From contig JBEWZL010000219.1 in the NCBI GenBank assembly GCA_045837725.1, positions 186,001 through 250,000 on the forward strand: 64,000 nucleotides of DNA, given 5' to 3'. Shown here piece by piece: positions 37,305 to 50,600 of this stretch. This stretch comes from Vermamoeba vermiformis (taxonomy: Eukaryota). Position numbers and translations under genes: made by a program. The notes beneath the pieces were generated by a model that worked only from the letters and a program-made list of their open reading frames with translations, ran no database searches and was not told the DNA's origin. The number at the start of each line of letters is the position of its first letter. The stretch's first letter is position 1.

Positions 37305-37594
37305 GTTGGCCCTATGTTACAAAGTTCAATGGAATGAAATATCTAACAAATTGAACGCCAATTTGAGGTGACATTTTTTGACATGTTTCAGAACCCGAAT
37401 CACAGGGGACCGTCTAATATTGGATGATTCCTACGGCCTCAGCGGACCTCAAATAAGAACCACAATGAGATATTAGGTACGTGGTGGTTTTAAAGCATTA
37501 TTTAACAAAATTTAGAAGTTTATGAGCTAATTACAATGTGTACAAGTCAGGCCATTATTGCGACATTAGTGACGGCCGAACGAAGAGTGCCTGA

Positions 37595-38035
37595 TTACTG
37601 AATGTTGATCTTGGCTGCAGCAGGCTTGTTCTCGGGCTTAGGCAAGACCACCTCGAGCACTCCGTTGTTGAAAGTCGCTTGGATCGCGTTGGCATCCACG
37701 CCTTCAGGAACAGCAAATGAGCGTTGGAACTTGCCGTAGGAGCGTTCAATGCGATGGAACTGTTCCTTCTCATCTTTCTTTTCAAACTTGCGCTCACCGC
37801 TGATGGTCAGCACGCCCTTGTCCAGCTCGACATTGACCTCGTCTTTGGTGAGGCCAGGCAACTCGGCGTGCAGTACAACTTGCTTGTCTGACTCGCGCAC
37901 ATCGACTTTAGGACGCCACGAAGCGATGTCCTTGTGGGCCTCGGCGAACTCGGGCGAGAAGAACTTGTTCATCTGCTTCTGCATGTCGAACAGATCGTCA
38001 AAAGTTTCAGCTCCGAACCAGCGTGACAAAGACAT
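37595..38035 (-). CDS. Small heat shock protein, HSP20/alpha-crystallin family
   Basis: Intronless; WRPKVDVRE, AELPGL, LTISGER, IERSYGKFQRSF, NGVLEVVLPK, C-terminal INI motif. Confidence 0.97.
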   Translation of the reverse strand: MSLSRWFGAETFDDLFDMQKQMNKFFSPEFAEAHKDIASWRPKVDVRESDKQVVLHAELPGLTKDEVNVELDKGVLTISGERKFEKKDEKEQFHRIERSYGKFQRSFAVPEGVDANAIQATFNNGVLEVVLPKPENKPAAAKINIQ

Positions 38036-38139
38036 GATTAATTGGTGTTGTTGTGTTGTGTGTTTTTTAGTGTTGTTGAATGAGTTGATCTGCATCTTGC
38101 TTTCTTTTTAAGGCTGCGCTCGTTTGTGAAAATAAAATT

Positions 38140-38228
38140 TTTCATGAAAATTTTCGCAAAGCTTCAGAAGTGCCAGTACTTAATACCAAATATATCAATA
38201 TCTTTCCAGAATGTGCTGAAATGTTCAA
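38140..38228. promoter_or_regulatory. Heat-shock-element-like sites upstream of HSP20
   Basis: TTCatGAA, TTCgcAAAgcTTC and TTCcaGAA units lie about 100-190 bp upstream of the HSP20 ATG; the arrays are imperfect. Confidence 0.45.
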
Positions 38229-38313
38229 TAAAGTACCTACGGATTTCTGCCCAGCCTGGTTTGCAAAACTCGACACGTGTCTAGTACCAGATCTGCACCA
38301 AATTTTCTCAATT

Positions 38314-40004
38314 CTATATGCAGCATTGGTCTCGTTGAGCTCTACTCTTCGTACAGGTCTTGTAGGCCTGTTGATAGAGTGCTTTGTTGGTCGCGAATGA
38401 CAACAAGTGAATGATGCCCGTGAGGCCAAAAGCGAAGGTCAACACCATCGACCACTCGTAGTCCAAACTAGCGGGACCACCCAAATTGGAAATAATTATT
38501 TGTCTAAGTTGGAGGTATTAGTTAGTCATGAATAGCAAATTATAAAATTGCATTCTAATAGTTAGATCTCGATCTACTTACCTTACGCGCACAATTGTAG
38601 CTAACAGGAATATGCTGCAAAATAACGCGATGAATGTAATCAATCGTTTTTGAAACGATGAAATCGAGTTGATAGTGTGGCGATATTCTTGCGTCTGCTG
38701 ACTGGCTTTTTTCTGTTCACAACGAGTCAGATCTGCATTACCAAAGATATTAAGGTACTCACGAGCTTATAGAGATTGATTTGCACGTAAGCTACAACTA
38801 TGGCAGTGATAATCAGTGCGGATAAGGACAACAAGCCGATCCAAAAATACGTAGTGAAAAGGATCCAAAAGCCGTTCGATTCGCCGCTGATGAAGCACCT
38901 ATCAAACCAATTACTGATTAATACGTATATGAATGGTTCGCAATTCATGAACGGCGAATGACAAATATCTTATCGGGTTTAAATTTCGGAGATTTTTTAA
39001 ATTGTCCGAGCCCGCTGGATCTGCGTTCGAATTATCGTAACGCGTGCTACTTATCATTCAAATACTATTTTAATATCTTACCAAACACCAGCCGGGGCAT
39101 AAACTTGGCCAATTAGCGAGACGAGTACTGGCAAGAACGGCAGCACGAAGCCAATGACCAAATAAATGCTTTCAGTGCGTTGAGGGTTCGAGAATACACG
39201 AGACTTGACTATTAATAGGTACAGCTGAATATAAATGTATTTTGTCAGTACGCTGCGATCCGCTTCTTTTTGTAACGTCTTGAAAAATTAGATTTTGTAG
39301 CCAAACTTACATGAATGGTTGATAATAAGACCCAAGTGCTCCATGACAACGAGCCATAATGTACTATAATGCCTAAGAGAGTTATCAATAAGCAATGACA
39401 ACATTCCAAATAAGGCAAAAAGCGAACGAGCGCGATCTCAACTTACCTTGAATAGTGCATAAGGGAGAAACGCCCCGTCGTGCAGGATAGCTCGCCATAG
39501 TGCCAAAAGGTGCCGCTAGTTATACTAACAATTAATTTTCTATCATTGATTTAATTGTCGTAACAAACGAGATCCGCATGAGTTTAAAGCACTTACAAAG
39601 GCTTTGAATGATAGCAGGTATTAGTGAATACCAAAATATGCTTGAAGGGAACTGGCGTGCTTTGGGGTTGAGCCTGCGAAGAATTACCATCAACAAACCA
39701 AAAATTTATTTTTCTTCTTAATTTTAGTCGCTAGATCTGCCCCCAATATAAGCTTATTACAAAATTATTGAAAGAAAAAGCAATTTTTACGCAGTTGATT
39801 ATTATTGCAATAATTTAACAACGGATCCTGGTTGTTTACGGCCAGAATTTATAAGGTTTGGTCCGTAAATGCATTTAATTATTCTACTGTATACGTGACA
39901 TACGTATAACCGATGAATATGAGCGTGTTGCATACAAAGCTGATCCAGCCGAGTACATCCGTTATGACTTGCAGCGTATGCAGTTGTTCTTCAGGCGAGC
40001 TCAT
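38314..40004 (-). CDS. 7TM GPCR-like receptor (cAR/Crl or Frizzled-like lacking CRD), tandem copy A
   Basis: Spliced MSSPEEQLHTLQVITDVLGWISF...RLNPKARQFPSSIFW...LCTIQG...CFISG...GIIHLLSFATN...QCCI*. Confidence 0.75.
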
Positions 40005-40285
40005 TGCTTCAATAATATACCACTAGTGCTATTCTCTTCCGTTCTTTCTCGTTGTACACGTCACTGAGTGAATTGACAAAAAGATTGAGCTGTCAACAAG
40101 TGTCCCGGACCATTTGCCGGGCCCGCAGAATCTTCCGCAGAAATGGCTTGTTTGGCAAAATTGTCCAATCAAACTATATAAAAGTGTTAGTTATATTATA
40201 TTGTTAAAAATTATCGATAATTTACCTGCTGTCGCGCGATAAATTTTGTGTCCGGATCTGGAACTTGGTTTATCCTCCGAATCAC

Positions 40286-42035
40286 TCACACGCAACAATA
40301 GCAGCAGTGATATTCATTGTCTGCAGGGTCCTCGTGGGTACGGCGACAAGTTTTGTAGGCCTCCGTGTACAGTCGCTTGTTGGTGGCAAATGCGAGCAAG
40401 TGAATGATGCCGGTCAGTCCAAATGCGATTGTCAACGTCAACGACCATTCATAAGTGAGCGCAATGGAACCGCCCATGCCTGCAATAGCGATTTGCCTAA
40501 TTTGGAAACGCCGTTAGAAAAATGAAACGAACACCAAAAGTATGGCAGGCGTAATGTTAGGGATCCGAGAATTGAATTCGTACCTCACGCGCACAGCCGT
40601 GGCAAGCAGAAATATGCTGCAGAACAGCGTGATGAATGTAATCAAACGGATTTGAAATGACGAGACTGAATTGACGGCTTGTTGATACTCTTGAGTCTGC
40701 TCTTTGTTGGCCTTTTTCTATTCATACCAAGGTTAATATAAGACGTTCTATAGTTATATATTATAGTACTCACCAGTCTGTATACTCTCATTTGTACGTG
40801 CACGACAATAATGATAGTGATAATGAGCGAGGCTAGTGCCAAGGGACCGATGAAAATGTACCCCAAAAACAAGATCCAATAGCCGTTGTCTTGACTGCTT
40901 AAGAAACACCTGCAAACATAATACGTTAAGTATAAGCAACGAAGGGCATAATGTTCCGCGATAGTTTTCTAGCTAAAGAGCTCGAATTCTGAAATTTGAA
41001 AATTTCACGGTGGTGTCATCCATTTTGCCGGTATAAATAATAATAAAATTTTATATTACGTTCGTGAAATTAATGTCAAATTCAGATCGATCTGAAGCAA
41101 AAAAATGGTTATTTTTCGAACTTACCACACGCCAGCAGGTGCGTGGACTTGCGCGATGAGACCCGCTAGGACTGGCAGGAAGGGAAACACAAAGCCAATG
41201 ACCAAGTACAACTGCTCTGCTTTGCGCGGTTGCGAGAACACGCGAGCTTTAACTAATAATAGATACAACTGGAGGCGCATCCGAACCGAAATTAGAAAGT
41301 GTTTTTGAAACTGCGCAGAAACAGGTCAATTGAGACTTACGTGGATTGTACATAAGAATACCCAAGTACTCCACGATAAGAAGCCGTAGTGGACTATCAT
41401 GCCTGGTTTCATAATAATTCAATAACTTGCCTTTTAAGGAAATAATCAGATCTTAAGGTAGTGGTACCTTGAACTGTGCACGCAGGGGACCGTTCGTTCA
41501 TTCTTGCCGGATAGCCTGCTATTGTTCCAAGAGGCACGCCTATAAAAGACTCAATTTAAACGAGCGTTCTATTGTGTTTAGCTAAAATTAGTTTTTTTAA
41601 ACCCAGTTTAAGGAGAAAAACTGAAAAGCGCCTGTGTTTAAAACTTTAAATAAAGAACTTTAAATATCTTACCTGCGCTTTGAATAATTGCTGGAATTAA
41701 AGCGTACCAAAAGATGCTCGAGGGAAACTGACGTGCTTTAGGAATTAATCTGGCGGAAAAAATGATTAGGCTCGTCGAAGAATTAAATTGGACCGTGTTA
41801 CTTATGGCGCTCATATTGCAATGCAAATTAATCGCATCAGATCGGATACAAAAATTGAAACTGAACACGATCCAAAATAATCGCAACATAAGCTAATTAG
41901 AACAATAAATTGCCTTAATAATATCATTACGTACGAGTACCCCACGAATACAGCAGTATTCAGCACAAAGCTGGTCCAACCGAGCACATCCGTAATGACC
42001 TGCAGTACTTCAACTTGTTCAGGCGCTAGAGCCAT
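40286..42035 (-). CDS. 7TM GPCR-like receptor, tandem copy B
   Basis: Same exon structure and motifs as copy A; ends CCYCCV*. Confidence 0.75.
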
Positions 42036-42323
42036 GCTGTTGGCCCAAAACTGGTTCAAGAGTTGTCGCTGAGTATGAGAGACTGAAACAAATATTTAAT
42101 TTCGCTCGTTTCGCTCACAACAGGACGGAGAAATTAATTTCCATAAATGAATCGTTTGGCAAATTTTCAAATCTTCAATAGAAATGCTAAAAAAATGAAA
42201 TGGTTGGTATGTCTTACTTGGTTCAAGTCATGCATGGACCGTAACTTCAGTCGTTATCGATAATGATGCTGTCTATTTTTAGTTGGTGCGGATTTGCGGA
42301 TTTCGTATTCCTTCGAAAATCAT

Positions 42324-44332
42324 TTAGACGCAGCAATTGGTCTTAATGTTGTGAGCCCTTGGAGCTGATCGACAGCGACATCGTCTGAATGCATTTTTGT
42401 AAAGAGACTTGTTCGTAGCGAACGCAAACAGATGTATAATGCCAGTGAGTCCAAATGCAATGGTCAATATCAGCGCCCAGTCATAGGACATAGTAGGCGA
42501 GCCTCCTAGATTCGCTATGATGATTTGCCTAAAAATAACTCAAATTAACCACCGGGCAAATGACCCGACGGAATTTCCGTTGAGATTGCCAACGTTCAAG
42601 AAGAATAAACGCTAAATATAGCACCCATTTTAATATGTACGTACCTGATGCGCACAACAGTGGCCAAGAGAAATATGCTGCAAAACAACGCGATGAAGGT
42701 AATCAATCGTTTCTGAAATGACGACATTGAATTGATAGTGTGTTGGTACTCTTGCGTCTTATTTTGATTTTTGCGCTATAATAGTGAATAAGATATACTA
42801 CGAATGCCCCGTATCTCGGCGGACCCATTTTCTCAACATTTTTAAAGCCTGCTTGGCCCATACATTTCTCGGCATTTTTGATCCAGCGCCCGCGGACAGA
42901 AATAGTGGAAAATTATTTATGTATATTCAGGTGGGAAGGGGACTAGCGAGGCGACACCAACCTGAACCGCGCCCCAGGGAAATTTTAAGCACGAGAGTGC
43001 GCGCGGTGGAAAGAGGATAAGAAAAAACTGGTGGAGAGGGGAAGTTTGAGGTGTAACGGTTCTTTTCACCGAACAAACCAAAAAATCTGGCAAGCCCTGA
43101 AATAGTGTATCATAATAAATAACACCCAATGCCGTAACAGTAAGGGTGATATTAAAAAATTTTAGAGGTGAATGTTGAGATATTATGGTCTATATGTAAA
43201 GCGTGCCACTCGAATTTCATTTAATAAAGCGGCGGAACTTTTTACGTACCAACTTCCAGAGCTGCATTTGCACGTGCCCGACAACAATGCCAGTGACTAT
43301 AAGCGCACCTAACGATAGGCCTCCAATGAATATGTACGTCGTGAACAGGATCCAGAACCCGTTATCTTTGCCAGTAATGAAACACCTGTGGCAGCGGCTA
43401 AAATTAGCGAGATACGATACCACGGCGTTAAAATCCTCCGAAATCGGGGAAATTATATCTCCGAAGCGGGAGATACGAGCACACTGCTCACGGCCAACTG
43501 TCTGGTTACTAAATTTAACTTACCATACTCCAGCAGGCGCATAGACTTGTCCTATTAACGAAGCCAAGACTGGAAGGAACGGCAGCACGAATCCTATCAT
43601 TAGGTAGCGCCGATCTGCTTTGTTTGGGTTGGCGAACACTTTGGATTTGACAATCAGCAAGTAGAGCTGAAAAAATTGCGTTAGCTGCCATTAAAGAAGA
43701 ATTCAATGTCCGACTTACGTGTATCGTCGATATAAACACCCATGTCGCCCAGGATAAGAAGCCATAATGAATGATAACTCCTAAAGATTTAATACGATAA
43801 ATTTTTTGGATCGGATCCGTCACAATCAATATTTGTTAATTGCCAGATTGATACCTTGTAACGTGCATAGTGGCGAGGGCTCATTTTTGAGCGCAGGGTA
43901 CCGGAAAAAAGTTCCCAAAGGCACGCCTAATTAGGAATAATAGAAAAATTAGTGCAAAGTCCTACGGCTCCTTTCCGAGATTAAGTATAACGATATAAAT
44001 CAATAGTATACCTAGACTTTGAATTACTGCTGGTATTAGCGCGTACCAAAAGACGCTTGAAGGGAACTGCCGCGACTTTGGATTTAGACTAAAATAATAA
44101 ATTATTGGTTAATTAATCGAGGTGATCAGCATTATTTGATTGTATGGTTTCTATCGTTTATTGATGCATCATTATCATTATATTCTATCGAATTTCCTGC
44201 TATTGAGTTGCAATTAATTTATTCTTACCCGTAGCCGACAAATACTAACGTATTGAACACAAAGCTCGTCCAGCCCAAGACATTAGTGATGGTCAATAAT
44301 GTATATAGCTGTTGTGTTTCTTCGTCGCTCAT
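42324..44332 (-). CDS. 7TM GPCR-like receptor, tandem copy C
   Basis: Same exon structure and motifs as copy A; ends TNCCV*; one intron is expanded to 474 nt. Confidence 0.75.
42822..43190. mobile_element. Possible MITE-like insertion in an intron of receptor copy C
   Basis: Perfect inverted repeat tctcaacatt (42831-42840) and aatgttgaga (43171-43180), with imperfect outward extension. The host intron is 474 nt versus about 62 nt in paralog D. Confidence 0.35.
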
Positions 44333-45089
44333 CTTGTTAGAGAAAGTTTGTCGCTGTAGATCCACAGAAAATCTTTCTTTCAATCAGATCCTCGCGGGTA
44401 AATAGGGACCCCTTTTATATTATTAAATATAACTATAATACGATCACATTAGAATTTTCAGCGCCGTTGGATTGTAATGGCGGATCAAATGAATATTTTA
44501 CCTGACCTCGGACCGTGAGCTCGGCGTTGTTCTTCTCTCGGTCAATCTGTAAATTAATCTGTTGCATTGATTGACGAGACACCGGTTCACGCGAATTATT
44601 TGGAATGCAATGTAATCTAATTATAGATGGCTTGGATCCTGTGGCGATGGTTAGATTCTCGTGACAATAAATATAAACATTGTTACCTTCAATAACTACA
44701 TTGTGTTGGAGCGATATTATACTTTTGTTATTTAAATCTTCGGAGCTCCTCCGTTCTGTTAAAATAAAATTGCTGAATTTTCGAACAACTCTTAACTTGA
44801 GTCTGAAGTTTCCACCGTTCAATTAAAAGATACTATTGTCAATAATTAATAGGCTGCGATAATAAGTTCAGTTTATTACCAGCAGATGCGGCACACTAAG
44901 TCCTGCTTCCTTATGCTAATTCTCCGGACCGAGAATTCTCTTCAAATCATATCCGCAACTCTCTTCTTATTAATACTAATCTTCTTCAACTTTCGCGGAT
45001 GGATCCGATGCTTCAGTGAAAACTTCTCACGTTTTCAAGATCCCTTCGCGTTAGAAATTACTGTCGAATATTCTCATGCTCAACATAGC

Positions 45090-46583
45090 TCACACGCAGC
45101 AATTGGTGTCGCTCGATTGATTATGCGACCGTTTGATGGATTTGCAGGCCTGTACGTAGAGGTCCTTGTTGGTGCCATAGGCCAGCAAGTGAATAATGCC
45201 CGTGAGTCCAAAAATGATCGTCAATAATAATGACCACTCCCACTCGGTTGATGCACCAGTAGTGCTGGATAGATATATCTGTCTGTATAGTTGTAAGCGA
45301 AAAATAGTAGCAAAAAGTGGATCCACAATAAAATTTGCAATTTTCAACGTACCTGACGCGCACGCCTGAACCGACGAGAAATATCGTGCAAAAGAGCGCG
45401 ATGAATGTAATCAAACGCTTTTGAAAGGATGAAATTGAATTGATAGCGTGGCGATATTCTTGTGTTTTGTCTTGGCTGCGCTTCTGTTTGTCGATCGTTA
45501 ATACGGTGTGAAATTATATCATTTGCATTGTATAATAGCACTCACCAACTTCCACAATCTAATTTGCACGTGCGCTACAATAATGGCGGTAATAATTAAC
45601 GCGCCGAGGGCCAAGATAACGATCCATAAGGTGTTTGTAAATAACAACCAATAACCGCTATCTTTCGTAGTCACATAGCACCTAGTGAATATGACGCGTT
45701 AGTAATGAAATATCAACGGAATAATTTGCAGCGGAATTAATATCTTACCAGGCACCGGAAGATCCGTAAGCACGACCGATAAGTGCCGCGAGGACTGGTA
45801 TGACTGGCAACACGAAACCAAGCACGAGGTACAGTCTGTCAACGCGCTCTGGATTCGCGAAAACTTTTGCCTTGACAATGAGCAAGTACAACTAAATTAG
45901 GAAATGTTAGAATTGTTGCAAAGATTCAACCTCCGCCCCGCGTGAATATGATGACGTGGCGGTCAGTTCAGCGTGGGACTTACATGTATAGTCGATATGA
46001 ACACCCAGATACACCATGAGATGTATCCGTAGTGGATGAACAGTGCTGGATGTGCCACGTGTTAGCAATGCTAAGAGATTAATAAACTGCAATATAATCA
46101 GTACCTTGCAACGAGCATAGCGGGGAGTCTGGCGCGTTGATAGCTGGATCGCCTGCAAAAGTGCCGATTGGAACGCCTAAAATAGAAACAAATGTCAGAT
46201 ATACTTTTTCTGAATCCAGGATTAGGGATATGTGTGGTATGAAGCGTAAATAGATGTTAATTTCAATTTATATATTTAATTATTTAATTCTACTATTTAC
46301 CTGCACTTTGGACTATCGACGGAATTAACGCATACCAAAAAATGCTCGAGGGAAATTGGCGAGCTTTCGGATTTAACCTGCAATGGAATATTTTTAGTCT
46401 CGCTTGACAATATTTTCAAAGTTCAACTCAGTTAAATGTTGATACAATTAATTTTGAGCAGATCCGTAGCGAAGATTCTTACCCGTAGCCAACAAAAATT
46501 AAAGTGTTGAAAATGAAGCTCGTCCAGCCCAAAACATTAGTAATGGTTAATAATATGAATATTTGGTGTTCGTCAAAAGCCAT
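45090..46583 (-). CDS. 7TM GPCR-like receptor, tandem copy D
   Basis: MAFDEHQIFILLTITNVLGWTSF..., same exon structure as copy A; ends TNCCV*. Confidence 0.75.
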
Positions 46584-46984
46584 GTTGTTGTATAAATATG
46601 GTTTGTTTTTGACGATTCAAAGTTACGGTCGGATTTGGCTTTAGATGACCTAGAAATTTCTTCCTGTTAATAGCTATAACTAAAATAATATCTTATTTTG
46701 AAACTTACTTGCATATGTGGTATTCAAACAAGATAATTTCCATTGAATAAAAACGTAATCGTTATAAAAATTGTCTGGAGTTCGGCACGCGGATAGAATT
46801 TTGTGTTTTGCAATTTGAATCAATTCGAAACGGGTAATATAATGCGGTACGAGATAACCAGAGTCTCAGTTATCATTGCGTATACCGTCAGGCAAGGTTC
46901 ATTCATAATACTTATAAAGATTTTCATCGCTCGAATTTCGTTCGAAAATTTTCTATTTACACAATATCAGATACGTACAATATA

Positions 46985-49761
46985 TTAGGGACTGTATGCC
47001 TCCAGTACATCCACTATCTCGTTAAATGACGGCCTAGTATAGAAGTTATGAGAACAGCGGGAAAACATTTAAACGAATTTTCCGTGGTTGGATCACATAC
47101 GGCATTACGTCTTTCGAATCTTTGAAACTTACCTATCGTCAGGGTCATTACTACAACACCTCTTAATTAACGATTGTATGTCAGCATTCCATTGAGGGTT
47201 CAGCGGGAACAGATCCGCTTGTTGTGAGGTAACATCGTGGATTACCCTACAAATACAGCGTTAGTCGATAATATATAGAGATAATACTATCATTGTATTA
47301 CTTAGCAGCTGCCTTTCCGTAATGCGGTGGCTTGCCGTTCCAGATCTCCCACAGTACAACACCAAAGCTGCAGAGATCATTAGCTCGCTGATTACGAATT
47401 GATAGCTATTTATATAGTAGTACCTGTATATATCAGCTTTCTCGGAATAAGACTCTTCTTTGATGACTTCAGGGGCCATGTACTGCACGGTACCGATGTT
47501 GCTGTAGCAGGATTAGCAAAACCAAGTTTCTCGATTATAGTAGTACTCGTATATTTACCTCATCGTATTGCTAGCTGATTTAATTCTGGCCATGCCAAAG
47601 TCACACAATTTAGCCTTCAAGTTCGCATCCAACTAGATATGCGCGTTAGCAAAACTAGCAGATCCAACATTATCGATGCTACGTACAAGTATATTATGCG
47701 TTTTCAAGTCTCTGTGCATGATATTCAGAGAATGAAGGTAAATGAGACCTTTAGCACAGTCAAGCGCAACTTGTTTCTGTACGCGTGTTATGTTAGTCAC
47801 AATAATTATTATTGTACCGATCATAAGACTAACTAATTATTACCTTAGTCGCCTCGCTCAACTTGAGTTTCTTAATGTGCAAGTAGTCGAATAGACTGCC
47901 GTGTTCCAAGAACTCAGTCAAGATGTACATGTCATTCGGTGTCAAACTCACACCGAGCAGTTGAACCACATTCGGATGACTCAATTTACTATTCCATAGT
48001 ATTAATAACTATAATATGAGCAATAGTGAGCATACCCCAAGATGCTGACTTCTTTCAAGAAGGAGTCAATCATTTCATCGTTGTTCATGCGCACGAGAAG
48101 TCGTTTCACTGCAACATCGAGCTTGTTCCACTTGCCTTTGTACACTTCTCCGAACGCTCCTATTGTCAGGACATGTAGTTAGTCACACCTTGACGCGAGT
48201 ATGAGTGTTATCGAGTGATCTTACCGACACCAATCTTGGTGCCAATGGACACTTTCTCGAAGTCCACAAATGTCACGGTGGTCGCATTGTCGACTTGAGT
48301 TCTCAGGAACACACCACCATCGCCAGAGGACATAAACATTAACGGTGACTTCTCGTCGTTGATGTTTCCTTGCCTCAATTTCATCGTGTGACTCGCTTGT
48401 GTGTCGCGTACGAAACACCAATAAAGTAACGGACAATAGACCGCGGTGTACAACGAGATTGATATGCCCATAAAGCTATCGGAGTCATCAATTAGTACCT
48501 AGCAATAACAATGCATAATGTCTTACCAGAACCCGCTGTCATTGTCTGCCAAGATGAGAACAGTCGCTGCTGCCACTAAGCTGTAAAGGCAGCCAAGATA
48601 CACGACCCATGGCAGCAACGCACGACGTACTAAATGAAAGAGTTTGTTAAGTATGAAATGGAGCCACTAGTGTTGTTGCTCGTACCTCGTTGTTCATTGC
48701 CCGGCAGCAACAGGAAAGATATCGCAAAGATGTAAAAAGTTGCGAATAACAAGTACGAATAAATGGCTTGTGGAGCTGAGAATAGCGTTATTAATGCATA
48801 TAACTCGCTATTAGAATATAAATACCTGGAAAAAACAAGTGACACACATCGCAGCTGTGGTCGAACGAGTACGTGAACTACAATAACGGTTAGATCTGGC
48901 TTGATATATTCGTCCACTCCTTACCATAAGCGCTACTTTAGCGATCGTTAATAAGCACGTGATTAAAAAGGCTTTGCGAATGGCGTTCTTGTCCGAATAC
49001 GGAAAGAAAGCTATCGACACTAAAAAATTATCCCACACCGCTGTATATTACAAAAATTAGCTTAGTTAACAGCTACTATAATATTATTACCATGTCCTAC
49101 AAAGAGCACGCCTTAATAAAATCGTTAAGGACCTTCATAACTAAAATAGAAAAATGAAAATGTAACAAGCGATGGAAAGGATACGAGAGATAATCAGTGA
49201 GACTAAGGCGCTCATTGGAATAACTACTTCAAGAGCTTGCAATACGAACCATATGGTCACGAACAGACTAATAACAAGAGTTGGTTAGAATTGGATCCGG
49301 ACCCGGTTTAAGTACCATTCTAAAGAACTTCTCGAGATTGACTTTAAGACCGGTCAATAGTTAAATAATATCGTGCTTACCTATATAAATGATAAATGCG
49401 TAATATAGAGAAGCTTTGATAGCTCTTGTTAAGTCTAAAAAGTAAGTAAACAAATCCGAAGATGAAAAATCCACAAATGACCATATTGCCAAGATTACTA
49501 TCGGTATATCCTAGCGACACCTCGATGTTGATGGCCTTGCAGCATGTCTCTAACAAAAAGCGGATTAAGTTTCAAAAAAGCCGAAAAAGTAAGCCCGCCT
49601 ATTTTAACCTTTATTTTGTTGAACTTTATTATTACTGTAAAATGGTCTTCAAATTATTATTGATATTAGCGCGAACTGAAATTAAAAATAGGGATCCGCA
49701 GCAAAATCGTCTTACCGTTACAGCTGATCGGGAAAGGCGTGTGAATACCAGGCCAATTCAT
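46985..49761 (-). CDS. 7TM (TPRA1/GPR175-like) receptor fused to a TKL protein kinase, copy 1
   Basis: About seven hydrophobic segments ending ...RRALLPW...GFCFMGISISLYTAVYCPLLYWCFVRD, continuing in the same exon toward GVGAFGEVYKG, VAVKRL, HRDLKTHNIL, DFG and APE. Confidence 0.85.
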
Positions 49762-50600
49762 CTATGATATTGTCTTATTTATTTGAAAGAGTTGAAATGG
49801 CGCTTATGAAATTAGTGGACTTGTCTGCTCCATTGTTCTAGAATCGGAATAGAATGACCACAGAAACACAACTCAACTTGTGTTAACTTTCTAAATTGTT
49901 GAGCGACAGATTAATCTATTCAACTATTTTATGCATATTGACGCCAAGAATGCGCGATTCAATTGCATCTTATGTGCATCCTTTGACCCGATGGTTACGT
50001 GTACAATGGCAATTTTATCGTGGATAATTAAGGAAGTATTATTTATTCAAATGCACGTCGAAAATATCATTGGCAAAGGCACCCTAATTAATTTAATTTA
50101 ATTTCGGATTTTGAATCCCGTCAGAGTATTCGATACACAGCAGCGATTAATTTAATCATTGGATTCGTGTTCATATTACGCCTCAATAATTATAGCTATT
50201 ACCACGGTTCCAATTATTGCGACTTACTAGCACCTCCCATCCGTATCTTCAGGCCAACATCCTGCGCTACTACTGCTACGCTGCTCAATCCTGAAGACTA
50301 CGTTCTGTTCTGAAGTAAGATGAGCAAGGTAAAATACAACCGAAGAGTCATTCAGCGGTCAGTCTCGAATATTACAAAGCTTCTAGTGCCGGAGATGGTT
50401 CTTCTTGTAAACTTCTATTTTTTCCTTTTCAGGCAACTGAACGATTGCTCTGCATTCTGGTGCAGAAGGTGTCAAAAAATATAAATACCTCGACTATTCA
50501 TTGGTTCTAATCATCAACTCAAACAACAAACTACAGCTTAAGAACAAATAAGTTCTTCTCTTCGCTCGACTAACTACATCTACCGACAACACTATCTAAC

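Noticed and set aside
50221-50470. GC-richer intergenic stretch with cttcagg/cctgaag inverted repeat upstream of the NmrA-like gene
   Set aside because: The repeat is only 7 bp and no consistent ORF or RNA family could be supported.
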